Shown here one piece after another: positions 17,286-25,550 of a DNA stretch of 64,000 bases (its first letter is position 1; each line of letters opens with the position of its first letter). The notes under the pieces were generated by a model, which did no database searches, was not told the DNA's origin, and was given only the letters and a program-made list of their open reading frames with translations. Position numbers and translations under genes: made by a program. Origin of the DNA: Oscillospiraceae bacterium (GTDB lineage: Bacteria; Bacillota; Clostridia; Oscillospirales; Ruminococcaceae); assembly GCA_009783205.1 (NCBI GenBank), contig WRHO01000005.1:5886-69885 (forward strand). Reading direction: 5' to 3'.

Positions 17286-19247
17286 CTACACCATCAACCC
17301 GCACATATCTCTCACAAAATCGGCGGGATTCTCCACCGCCATTCCCTCAATCAACAATGCCTGATTATACAAAATATCGGCGTATACTTTAAGCTTATCC
17401 TTATCGTTATCGTATAAAAACTGTAATTTATCGAAAATAGGATGCCCCGAGTTTATTTCGAGAACTTTATCGGCTTTCGCTTGATTATCGGTGGGCATCG
17501 CGCTTAATACTTTTTCCATTTGCGTGGTAAGAAGCCCCGAGCTTGTGAGGCATACCGGGTGAGATTTTAGGCGTTTTGACACCTTGACCTCTGCGACCTT
17601 TTCGCCTAATGCCTCTTTCATTACCGCAAGCAAAGACTTTGATTCGTCGTTTATTCTCTTTATTTCATCTTTTTCGGACTCGTCCGCAACATCAACGTCC
17701 GCGCTTTGGATTGATTTAAATGGTTTATCGTTATATTGCGCTAACATTTGTAAGCAGAACTCGTCTACGTTTTCGATGAGATATAAAACCTCAAACCCTT
17801 TGTCCTTAAGCGTTTCAACCTGTGGCAGAGAGTCTATTCGCGCAATTGTATCCCCCGCCGCATAATAAATCGCCTCTTGATTCTCTTTCATACGCGCGAC
17901 ATATTCGGCGAGCGTCGTCAATTTTTGTTTTTCTTGTTTGTTTTTGTTGTTTTTGTTATCGTCCTCGCAAAAACTCGAATTAAACACAAGCAAATCCTTT
18001 AACACATCGCTATTTGCGCCAAAGCCGTTGTACACCCCGAATTTTAACTGCGTCCCGAACGCCCCCCAAAACTCGGTATATTTTTCGCGGTCATTGTTGA
18101 GCATTTTTTTCAATTCATTACGTACGGAACGGTCAATACTCTTTGCGATTACCTTTAGCTGTCTGTCGTGTTGAAGCATTTCGCGGGATATATTGAGCGA
18201 CAAGTCCTCGGAATCAACCAACCCCTTGACAAAAGAGAAGTGGTCGGGGAGTAAATCGCCGCATTTCTCCATAATCATGACCCCGCTCGAATACAATTGT
18301 AAGCCCTTCTCGTATTCCTTTGTATAATAATCGAACGGTGCCTTTTTCGGTATAAACATCAAAGCCGAATAGGTCGCCCCGCCCTCGGTTTTATCATGGA
18401 TAATCATTTGCGGTTCGGTGAAATCGTTAAATTTGTCCTTATAGAAATTATGATAATCCTCGTCTTTAAGCTCCGATTTGTTCTTTTTCCAAACGGGAAC
18501 CATACTGTTGAGCGTTTTTGTTTCGATAACGTCTTCATATTCGGGATTTTCGGAATCCTCCGTTCCTTCTATTAATTTGCTCGACTTCATCTCCATTTTA
18601 ATAGGATAACGGATATAGTCGGAGTATTTTCCGATTAAATTCTTAATCCTGTACTGTTCGAGAAACTCCTCATATCGTTCGTCGTCGGTGTTTTCTTTTA
18701 TATACAAGGTTATACTCGTTCCGTATGAATCCATATCGCATGAATTAATTGTATAACCGTCCGCCCCCTCGGAAGTCCAAACAAACGCGTCCTCCGCGCC
18801 GTATTGTTTTGAGCTTACGATTACTTTTTTTGCAACCATGAACGCCGAATAAAACCCCACCCCGAATTGTCCTATAACCGATATATCGTCGGACGTATCG
18901 GGTTTAGAAGCGTCGACATTGCCGTTTTCCGCAATATCGTCTTTGAATTTGAGCGTTCCGCTTTGGGCAATAACGCCGAGATTTTTTTCGAGCTCGTCCT
19001 TTGTCATACCTATCCCGTTATCGGTAATCGTTAGCGTTCTCGCCTCTTTGTCGGGGATTATATTGATTTCAAACTCGCCGCGCGTTAATCCGAGATTTTC
19101 GGTCATCGACTTATAATACAACTTGTCCATAGCGTCGGACGCATTGGATATAAGCTCCCGCAAAAAAATCTCCTTGTGTGTGTAAATAGAGTTAATCATC
19201 AACTCTAAAAGTCGTTTTGACTCCGCTTTAAACTGTTTTTTAGCCAT
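17286..19247 (-). CDS. htpG: molecular chaperone HtpG (Hsp90)
   Basis: FKAESKRLLELMINSIYTHKEIFLRELISNASDAMDKL and full-length collinearity with the HtpG architecture. Confidence 0.95.
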   Translation of the reverse strand: MAKKQFKAESKRLLELMINSIYTHKEIFLRELISNASDAMDKLYYKSMTENLGLTRGEFEINIIPDKEARTLTITDNGIGMTKDELEKNLGVIAQSGTLKFKDDIAENGNVDASKPDTSDDISVIGQFGVGFYSAFMVAKKVIVSSKQYGAEDAFVWTSEGADGYTINSCDMDSYGTSITLYIKENTDDERYEEFLEQYRIKNLIGKYSDYIRYPIKMEMKSSKLIEGTEDSENPEYEDVIETKTLNSMVPVWKKNKSELKDEDYHNFYKDKFNDFTEPQMIIHDKTEGGATYSALMFIPKKAPFDYYTKEYEKGLQLYSSGVMIMEKCGDLLPDHFSFVKGLVDSEDLSLNISREMLQHDRQLKVIAKSIDRSVRNELKKMLNNDREKYTEFWGAFGTQLKFGVYNGFGANSDVLKDLLVFNSSFCEDDNKNNKNKQEKQKLTTLAEYVARMKENQEAIYYAAGDTIARIDSLPQVETLKDKGFEVLYLIENVDEFCLQMLAQYNDKPFKSIQSADVDVADESEKDEIKRINDESKSLLAVMKEALGEKVAEVKVSKRLKSHPVCLTSSGLLTTQMEKVLSAMPTDNQAKADKVLEINSGHPIFDKLQFLYDNDKDKLKVYADILYNQALLIEGMAVENPADFVRDMCGLMV

Positions 19248-19280
19248 TTTACCCTCCTACAATTGTAAAAACATCTTGTT

Positions 19281-19307
19281 TTGGCACTCTCTTAATCAGA
19301 GTGCCAA
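19281..19307. promoter_or_regulatory. CIRCE-like HrcA operator
   Basis: TTGGCACTC-N9-GAGTGCCAA against the consensus TTAGCACTC-N9-GAGTGCTAA. It lies between the htpG promoter and the htpG start. Confidence 0.7.
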
Positions 19308-19311
19308 AAGT

Positions 19312-19340
19312 ATTATATCAATACTTTTCCGGTTTGTCAA
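19312..19340 (-). promoter_or_regulatory. htpG promoter (TTGACA-17-TATAAT)
   Basis: Minus strand: TTGACA (19340-19335), 17-nt spacer, TATAAT (19317-19312). Confidence 0.6.
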
Positions 19341-19367
19341 TAGGTAAATTTACAAATATTAAAAATA

Positions 19368-20543
19368 TTATGCCTCAACGTCTTTAATATCTTCAATGTC
19401 TTTAATGTGCTTTCTTAGACTTTCGACTCTATTTCTAAACGCGCTGCAAATACTATTTCTGCGTTTTTCATCAATATGTGAAGATAACGAAAGAATATGA
19501 AAAAAATCGTCTTCTATACCGTTTAAAGCGGACAAATCAAGCCACGAAAAGCTTTTTACCAACTTAATTTGTTCCTCGTGCGTACTTCGGAAAGGCTTGC
19601 TTTCGGTTTTAGTAATTTTAAGCATTGCACTTGAGCTTTTATCATTCCAAAAAGAAGTACCGCTATCGAAAACAGGGGCAACTCCTACCCATTCAAGCGT
19701 TTTTGCGTTACGGATAGCACCGAAATTATTATAATGTCTGTCTCTGTTGGCGATTAGATAGTCAACAACAAGCATTTTATCAATATTCTCTTGTGCATTT
19801 GGTATACCTAACACTTGACAACAATCTAAAAAATGTTGATATGCCGAAACACTATTTTTCATTTTTTGTGTACTGTTTATATTAAATGCACTGACTAAAT
19901 CTTTTTGAGAGTCTATAAAATTTTTGCAAATGCTAAAAGGAGCTTCATTTTCCCACGCAACAATATAAGGAACGTGTTCTATGTTTAAGCGTTTCATAAC
20001 AGAGGTCGCCATAGCCTCATTAAGAGGCTCTTGTAACTCTATACCGCTACCGCCTTTTATCAAACATCGCTCCCCGTCAATAATTTTCCACTTCTTTTTT
20101 AACCAACCGTCAGAAGTGTTATCGGGGGAAGAAAGGTTAATATCATTTCCTTGCGGCGGATTTCCAAACAAAACATTTCCCACATCTTCTGAAAAAGGGT
20201 TATCAAAAAAGTTTATATCTTCCCATTTGAGAGGTTTTTCTGTGGGGTTTACCCAATATTGGTCTGAAAGAGAAAGCCCGAAGCATTTTGTTAATAGTTT
20301 ACCCGAAGAAGAAACGCCTAAGTTTTCCATAGCCTCACGAAAATTTTGTCTGCTTGCGGGAATTGACCGACCGCTCCACCATTCGTTCAAATTTCCTCTG
20401 TTTGGTAAGTCGTTGACAAAGCCTATACCGACGGGTAAATGTTCGGGGGCAAAAACCTTACCTATTTTTAATATTGTTGCGGTTTCTTCAAAAATCTCAA
20501 TTTCAGCAACAGGAATTTTTCCGTGCATTAAAGTATAATTCAT
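19368..20543 (-). CDS. HipA-like Ser/Thr kinase domain protein
   Basis: The YLIANRDRHYNNFG catalytic loop (D.H..N) is characteristic of the HipA C-terminal kinase fold. Promoter TTGACA-17-TATAAC and a GAGGGGG RBS lie upstream. Confidence 0.7.
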   Translation of the reverse strand: MNYTLMHGKIPVAEIEIFEETATILKIGKVFAPEHLPVGIGFVNDLPNRGNLNEWWSGRSIPASRQNFREAMENLGVSSSGKLLTKCFGLSLSDQYWVNPTEKPLKWEDINFFDNPFSEDVGNVLFGNPPQGNDINLSSPDNTSDGWLKKKWKIIDGERCLIKGGSGIELQEPLNEAMATSVMKRLNIEHVPYIVAWENEAPFSICKNFIDSQKDLVSAFNINSTQKMKNSVSAYQHFLDCCQVLGIPNAQENIDKMLVVDYLIANRDRHYNNFGAIRNAKTLEWVGVAPVFDSGTSFWNDKSSSAMLKITKTESKPFRSTHEEQIKLVKSFSWLDLSALNGIEDDFFHILSLSSHIDEKRRNSICSAFRNRVESLRKHIKDIEDIKDVEA

Positions 20544-20697
20544 AATCGCCCCCTCAAATTATATCATAAAATAGTTATACCACATAAAAGCCCGCTTGTC
20601 AAGCTGATTTATCTGCTCCTAAGCCGCTCATAATTCAGATGTTCCCTATAACAGTAACGAAAATTATTTTATAAGCATATACTGTCACAAATAACTT

Positions 20698-21198
20698 ATG
20701 AAAGGTGGTTTAGTTTTGAATAACTACATAAACCGAAACAAAAGCTGCAACATGGATTGCGGGCCGGAGCCGTTCGTCACGAACATTTCTAACGACGCGA
20801 GATGTAACATGAATTTTCGAAACACAATTTGGACGGGGAAACACCTACAATGTACGGTGATGTGTATTCCCGAGGGAGAAGACATCGGGTTGGAAAAACA
20901 CCCCGATACCGACCAGTGTTTGCTTATCGAGTGCGGAAGGGGAATGTGTTGTATGGGGCCGAAAAAAGACCGGTTGAATTTTCAAAAGGCGGTCTGTGAG
21001 GATTCGTGCGTTTTTGTTCCCGCCGGAATGTGGCATAATATTGTCAACACAGGCAGATGCCCGTTGAAAATATGCTCATTCTACGCGCCGCCCGAACACC
21101 CGCACGGTACGGTACAATGCTCCAAGGCAGACGCAGAGCGCGATGAAGAAAAAGAGAAACCGAAGGAGATGCCGAAGGATAAAGACCATATGAAATAA
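20698..21198 (+). CDS. cupin-domain protein with K/E-rich tail
   Basis: GLEKHPDTDQCLLIECG....VFVPAGMWHNIVNTG fits the two cupin motifs. The start is ambiguous: the TTG at 20716 has the better AAAGGTGG RBS. Confidence 0.65.
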   Translation: MKGGLVLNNYINRNKSCNMDCGPEPFVTNISNDARCNMNFRNTIWTGKHLQCTVMCIPEGEDIGLEKHPDTDQCLLIECGRGMCCMGPKKDRLNFQKAVCEDSCVFVPAGMWHNIVNTGRCPLKICSFYAPPEHPHGTVQCSKADAERDEEKEKPKEMPKDKDHMK

Positions 21199-21207
21199 TC
21201 GCAAAAG

Positions 21208-21231
21208 CCGCCGCGACTATAGTCGCGGCGG
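21208..21231. terminator. GC-rich bidirectional hairpin between convergent genes
   Basis: CCGCCGCGAC-TATA-GTCGCGGCGG, a 10-bp stem. A T-run (CTTTTG) is present in the minus direction only. Confidence 0.5.
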
Positions 21232-21243
21232 AGCTGTTATATT

Positions 21244-22785
21244 CTATATGCGAATATACCCGCATTTTTCAATAAAACTTTGCCCTTGTTCAGATAAAAT
21301 CCAATCGAGAAGTTTTTTTATATTTTCGCTTTTTTTATCCTGCTCGGCTTCATTTGTAGTAACGGCGTAAACCTCGACCGTGAACGGATAAGTTGAGTTT
21401 TGTATATTCTCGACGGTCGGCGCAATACCGTCAACAGATAAAAGCTTTATGTTTTGATTAGGCTTCATGCCGGTTGCAAAATATCGAAATGAATACCCTA
21501 TTGCGGACGCATAATTTCTGTATTCGGCAACGCGGCTAATCATTCCGCCCATAAGGTCGGCAGATTCCTCCCAAAGTGGCGGTGGTAAAGTCTTATCCTT
21601 CATAACCGCGGCGAGCATAATTGTTTGACTTCCGGAGTTTTCCGGCCGTTGAAAAGGCATAATTCTTTCGTTTTTTCCGCCGACTTTTTTCCAGTTTGTA
21701 GTCTTCTTTTGGTAAATATCCTGTATTTGCTCGGGCGTAAGGCTATCAACCGGGTTTTCTTTGTTTACAAAGAAAACAAAAGCCTCTTTCGCAATTGGCG
21801 TTAATTCAAATTGAAGTCCGTTTTCGTTGGCTGAAGCAATTTGCTGTTGTGACGGCTGCGCCCCGAAAAAAACATCAATTTCGCCGCGAATGAGTCGTTC
21901 GTATGCCTCGTCGGTGGTTGAACATTTCACATAGTTATTGACCGTCCTTTCGTCCAACCCCTTGTATAAAGCCTGTGTCATAGCCGCGTAGACGGGGTAT
22001 GCCGCCGTCGCACCGTCGAGTCGCGGGTAATCGCCTTCGAATGTAACCGTGGGTTGCTCATCGAGCGTTTTTAACAAATTTTCCGTTTCATATGCGACCG
22101 AAGCGGCATATCGCGCCTTTTCCGAATCCGATTCATAAAACTCATCTTGTGCGTTTCTTTGTTCTCTAAACGGCTGATAATTATACAAATCAACCTCGTC
22201 GCGAATACGCTCGACATTGTAATCTTCCTTACTTAAAACCTTTGCGTTACGTTCAAAATGTTGAAAAACGGCGGCGCATATTAAAATAGCAAATAAAGCT
22301 CCGTAAACTATCGTTTTCCCATCGAAGACTAAATCGTTCTTTTTACGTTTGCGGGTGATTAATACGGTTATCATCGTTATCGCCGTTGTAGCCGAAACAA
22401 TAACGGGGAAATAGCCGTAGCCTTCTCCCGAAAAGCTGTAAAAGAAATTAACGAATAAAAAAGGAATTGTCATTATGTGGAAAACGCCTTCAAAAGGCTC
22501 TCTGTAAAAGCGATATCCCGATAACCCGAAAAGAACAATCCAAACCCCCATATAATAACAAAACATAATTAAAAAAGGAAATAAAAGCTGTGACGTTTTT
22601 TCGGGAAGCTTTACCTTTGCGGCAAATATGCTCCACATTGGAATTAACAGCGGAATCGTAATGATAATCGAAAAGACCGCGGGTAATGATAAAAGCACCC
22701 CCATAAACGCCGCAAACGATATAACTAAAGGGGAGATGATTAATGCCATGAGCGTTGTTGCTAAATAATATTTCTTTAGATTCAT
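21244..22785 (-). CDS. polytopic membrane domain fused to PstS-like (PBP_like_2) periplasmic binding domain
   Basis: The N-terminal ~165 aa are hydrophobic (4-5 TM). The C-terminal ~300 aa carry [11 protein letters not shown]...GSQT...GY patterns of the phosphate-binding-protein fold. Confidence 0.65.
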   Translation of the reverse strand: MNLKKYYLATTLMALIISPLVISFAAFMGVLLSLPAVFSIIITIPLLIPMWSIFAAKVKLPEKTSQLLFPFLIMFCYYMGVWIVLFGLSGYRFYREPFEGVFHIMTIPFLFVNFFYSFSGEGYGYFPVIVSATTAITMITVLITRKRKKNDLVFDGKTIVYGALFAILICAAVFQHFERNAKVLSKEDYNVERIRDEVDLYNYQPFREQRNAQDEFYESDSEKARYAASVAYETENLLKTLDEQPTVTFEGDYPRLDGATAAYPVYAAMTQALYKGLDERTVNNYVKCSTTDEAYERLIRGEIDVFFGAQPSQQQIASANENGLQFELTPIAKEAFVFFVNKENPVDSLTPEQIQDIYQKKTTNWKKVGGKNERIMPFQRPENSGSQTIMLAAVMKDKTLPPPLWEESADLMGGMISRVAEYRNYASAIGYSFRYFATGMKPNQNIKLLSVDGIAPTVENIQNSTYPFTVEVYAVTTNEAEQDKKSENIKKLLDWILSEQGQSFIEKCGYIRI

Positions 22786-22858
22786 TGTATAAATGCCTCC
22801 TGTAGATTTGAATTATATCATATATCGGGCGATATATCAACATATAATTATAAAACTA

Positions 22859-22887
22859 TTGACAAAATAATAACATTGTTGTATACT
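22859..22887 (+). promoter_or_regulatory. trpB promoter (TTGACA-17-TATACT)
   Basis: TTGACA 22859-22864 and TATACT 22882-22887. Confidence 0.55.
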
Positions 22888-22929
22888 GTAAAACAGAATA
22901 AAAAACAAAGTAAGAGGAGGGGTTCGGCG

Positions 22930-24111
22930 ATGGAGGGAAGATTTGGTCAATTCGGAGGGCAGTATATACCCGAGACATTAATGAACGAGATTCACGACTT
23001 AGAAAAGGCGTATAAGTTTTATAAAGACGAACCCGAGTTTAATCGAGAGTTGGACAAGCTCTTGAAAGAATATGCGGGGCGTCCTTCTTTATTATATTTT
23101 GCCGAGAAGATGTCAAAGGATTTGGGCGGCGCGAGGATTTATTTTAAACGCGAAGACCTCAACCATACCGGCTCTCATAAAATTAACAATGTTCTCGGAC
23201 AATGCTTATTGGCGAAGAAAATGGGCAAAACTCGCGTAATTGCGGAAACCGGCGCGGGTCAACACGGCGTCGCTACGGCTACGGCGGCGGCACTTCTCGG
23301 ACAGGAATGTGAAATTTTCATGGGTGAAGAGGATATCGTTCGACAATCGCTTAACGTGTATCGTATGGAGCTTTTGGGGGCGAAGGTCAACTCGGTAACA
23401 AGCGGGACAAAGGTTCTTAAAGACGCGGTAAACGAAACAATGCGCGAGTGGACAAGACGGGTTGAGGATACGCACTATGTCATAGGCTCAACCGTCGGGC
23501 CGCACCCTTTCCCGCTTATTGTCGGCGATTTACAAAGCGTTGTCGGAAAAGAAGCCCGTAAACAGATTTTAGAACTCGAGGGCGAGCTTCCAAAGGCGGT
23601 TATAGCCTGCGTCGGCGGCGGAAGCAACGCAATGGGGATTTTTCGCGGCTTTATCGAGGATAAAAGCGTCCGCTTAATAGGCTGTGAAGCGGCGGGACGA
23701 GGGGTCGACACCGATGACCACGCCGCTACAATTACAAAGGGAGCGGTTGGCGTTTTCCACGGAATGAAGACCTATTTTTGTCAAGATGAAAACGGACAAA
23801 TTGCACCCGTATACTCCATATCGGCGGGGCTGGATTACCCGGGAATCGGGCCCGAACACAGCGAGCTTAACGACAGCGGGCGCGCAGAATATGTACCGGT
23901 CACAGATGAAGAGGCGGTTTCGGCGTTCGAATACTTGGCTCGCACCGAAGGCATTATATGCGCCATTGAATCGGCGCACGCCGTCGCTCATGTTATAAAA
24001 ATCGCCAATGAATTTTCCGCCGAGGATTGCGTAATAGTCAATCTATCGGGGCGTGGCGATAAAGATGTAGCGTCAATTGCGCGTTATCGCGGTAAAAATG
24101 TATACGAGTAG
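22930..24111 (+). CDS. trpB: tryptophan synthase beta chain
   Basis: Start moved to the ATG at 22930 (AGGAGG 8 nt upstream). [16 protein letters not shown] and the PLP-lysine motif HTGSHKINN are present. Confidence 0.95.
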   Translation: MEGRFGQFGGQYIPETLMNEIHDLEKAYKFYKDEPEFNRELDKLLKEYAGRPSLLYFAEKMSKDLGGARIYFKREDLNHTGSHKINNVLGQCLLAKKMGKTRVIAETGAGQHGVATATAAALLGQECEIFMGEEDIVRQSLNVYRMELLGAKVNSVTSGTKVLKDAVNETMREWTRRVEDTHYVIGSTVGPHPFPLIVGDLQSVVGKEARKQILELEGELPKAVIACVGGGSNAMGIFRGFIEDKSVRLIGCEAAGRGVDTDDHAATITKGAVGVFHGMKTYFCQDENGQIAPVYSISAGLDYPGIGPEHSELNDSGRAEYVPVTDEEAVSAFEYLARTEGIICAIESAHAVAHVIKIANEFSAEDCVIVNLSGRGDKDVASIARYRGKNVYE

Positions 24112-24114
24112 TGA

Positions 24115-24154
24115 TATACTCCTTAACTGCAAAATTTAGCAGATAAGGAGTATA
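24115..24154. repeat. palindromic repeat, copy A (TATACTCCTTAACTGC-AAAATTTA-GCAGATAAGGAGTATA)
   Basis: 16-bp arms with one mismatch, 3 nt after the trpB stop. A near-identical copy lies at 32534-32577. Confidence 0.55.
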
Positions 24155-24170
24155 AATTGACAGTAATAAT

Positions 24171-24200
24171 AAAAAAGCGACCGTTACGGTCGCTTTTTTT
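24171..24200. terminator. bidirectional rho-independent terminator
   Basis: AAAAA-AGCGACCG-TTA-CGGTCGCT-TTTTTT serves trpB (+) and the lipoprotein/mini-ORF operon (-). Confidence 0.75.
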
Positions 24201-24201
24201 A

Positions 24202-24309
24202 TTATTTTTTCTTCATCTTTCCTAATACGAAAAGTCCGACTAAGACGACCAAAGCCACCGACGCGGCAATAATCGCCCCGACAAAATCAACACCCGTTGC
24301 CGGATTCAT
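24202..24309 (-). CDS. 35-aa mini-ORF consisting only of an NPATG sorting-signal-like peptide (MNPATG + TM + KMKKK)
   Basis: Not in the ORF track because it is under 60 aa. AGGTGA RBS 5 nt upstream of the ATG at 24309. It is followed immediately by the terminator. Confidence 0.4.
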   Translation of the reverse strand: MNPATGVDFVGAIIAASVALVVLVGLFVLGKMKKK

Positions 24310-24340
24310 AAAAATCACCTGCCTTTTTTGTGAATGAGCG

Positions 24341-25264
24341 TCAAGCTACTTCAATAACGCTGTTCATAGCACCTTCGGACATTTCGACGCCCGTAACCTC
24401 GGTTACTTCATCAACAAATCTCTTAAAAAGGTCTAAATCTCTGACATAAATTTTTACATCAGTCCATATGATTCTCGCCGAGATATCATCGACTGGGTTA
24501 TCGGTTTGGATTTGTAAGCCGAATTTATTGACGCCGCCGCCCAATTTGTCGCTCGCGTCATCTTCGGGGTCTTCGGGAGTGGGGGGCATTGCGAAATCCT
24601 CTCTGCTCAAACCCTTATCATTAACGTGAAGGTCGACGAATGACGGGAAATCCCAAACCGCCTTCATTCTGTTACCCCAGTGGAACCCGTCGCCGCCATT
24701 GTCTTCGCTAAATTCGGCGAGCATATTATCCCCGTCGTTATACCAAGCAAAGCTCCATAACGCACCACCCTGATAAAATTTTTCAACATTGCTGATATTC
24801 TCGGCTTCAACGTCGCCCTTGCCTTCGAGGTAAAACTCCGCTTCTATACGTTCAATATTTTCCCAAAATTCGCCGTTTTGCGAAATGAGGATTTGCCATG
24901 TGCTGTCCGTTCCGTCCGCAAACCCGCCTTCGGGTTCTCCGTGTCCTTGAAATCCTATGATTCTTATTGCGTCCGCCGCGCCGTGATTTGCGTTCATGTT
25001 ATCCCCGGCTTTTATATCGGTACCCGCGGGAATTGTAAATTCGCGGTTGTTAAACGACATTACCGCAAAATCGACAAATGTCGAAGGTTCAAAATCGTCG
25101 TCCTCGACGGGTTCGGGTTGATTATCATCAACATTGTCGTTTGCCGCCGGCTCGGTATCGGAAGCTCCGTTATTTGTTGCCGGGTCTTTCTCTCCACAAG
25201 CCGCCAAAGCGAACAACATAGCCGCCGCGAGTAATACCGCTAAAATCCTCTTACTTAATTTCAT
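24341..25264 (-). CDS. lipoprotein, unknown function
   Basis: Start moved to the ATG at 25264 (GGAGG RBS). Lipobox LFALAACGE, then an acidic linker and a beta-rich domain. Confidence 0.7.
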   Translation of the reverse strand: MKLSKRILAVLLAAAMLFALAACGEKDPATNNGASDTEPAANDNVDDNQPEPVEDDDFEPSTFVDFAVMSFNNREFTIPAGTDIKAGDNMNANHGAADAIRIIGFQGHGEPEGGFADGTDSTWQILISQNGEFWENIERIEAEFYLEGKGDVEAENISNVEKFYQGGALWSFAWYNDGDNMLAEFSEDNGGDGFHWGNRMKAVWDFPSFVDLHVNDKGLSREDFAMPPTPEDPEDDASDKLGGGVNKFGLQIQTDNPVDDISARIIWTDVKIYVRDLDLFKRFVDEVTEVTGVEMSEGAMNSVIEVA

Positions 25265-25314
25265 AGTTTTATTAGTCCTCCATTTAAAATAATTTGATGC
25301 AACTGTATACACCT

Positions 25315-25479
25315 TAAGGCAACCTCCGAAAACCTCTTCCGGCACTCGCCAGCGAAAAATCCCGCCATACTTCGTTGATTTTTCTTTAAATATCAACGGA
25401 TATTCGCAGAAAAATCGCCTCGTCTGACGAAATTTTCATCTCGACGATTACACGAAATAGGTTTTCGGAGGTTGCCTTA
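25315..25479 (-). promoter_or_regulatory. 165-nt structured 5' leader closed by a perfect 21-bp stem
   Basis: TAAGGCAACCTCCGAAAACCT (25315-25335) is the exact reverse complement of 25459-25479. Internal hairpins include GTTGAT-N12-ATCAAC. It sits between the predicted TSS and the lipoprotein RBS. Confidence 0.45.
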
Positions 25480-25483
25480 CTAT

Positions 25484-25513
25484 ATTTTACCATTAAACTA
25501 TATATTTAGTCAA
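25484..25513 (-). promoter_or_regulatory. promoter of the lipoprotein operon (TTGACT-18-TGgTAAAAT)
   Basis: Minus strand: TTGACT (25513-25508), 18-nt spacer, extended -10 TAAAAT (25489-25484). Confidence 0.5.
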
Positions 25514-25550
25514 TATACAAATTAACTAAATATTTGAACCGTTTTTAGTA

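Noticed and set aside
22786-22929. T-box or attenuator leader upstream of trpB
   Set aside because: The promoter at 22859-22887 leaves only ~40 nt of leader. That is too short, and there is no specifier or terminator-antiterminator structure.
24341-24346. prfB-style programmed +1 frameshift at GCT TGA C joining the lipoprotein to the NPATG peptide
   Set aside because: Only the weak UGA-C stop context matches. The P-site codon GCU cannot re-pair in the +1 frame, and there is no internal SD 3 nt upstream. It is kept only as a low-probability alternative inside the mini-ORF finding.
25265-25396. 44-codon N-terminal extension of the lipoprotein ORF listed in the track
   Set aside because: The extension covers the structured leader and starts upstream of the GGAGG RBS. 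The Met at 25264 begins a textbook lipoprotein signal peptide.
25315-25479. Reading the 21-bp inverted repeats as the ends of a MITE
   Set aside because: No target-site duplication is visible at the flanks (…CACCT/TACTA…). No second copy lies in the window. The predicted TSS coincides with the outer arm, which favours an RNA leader. This is still testable genome-wide, as noted in the finding.
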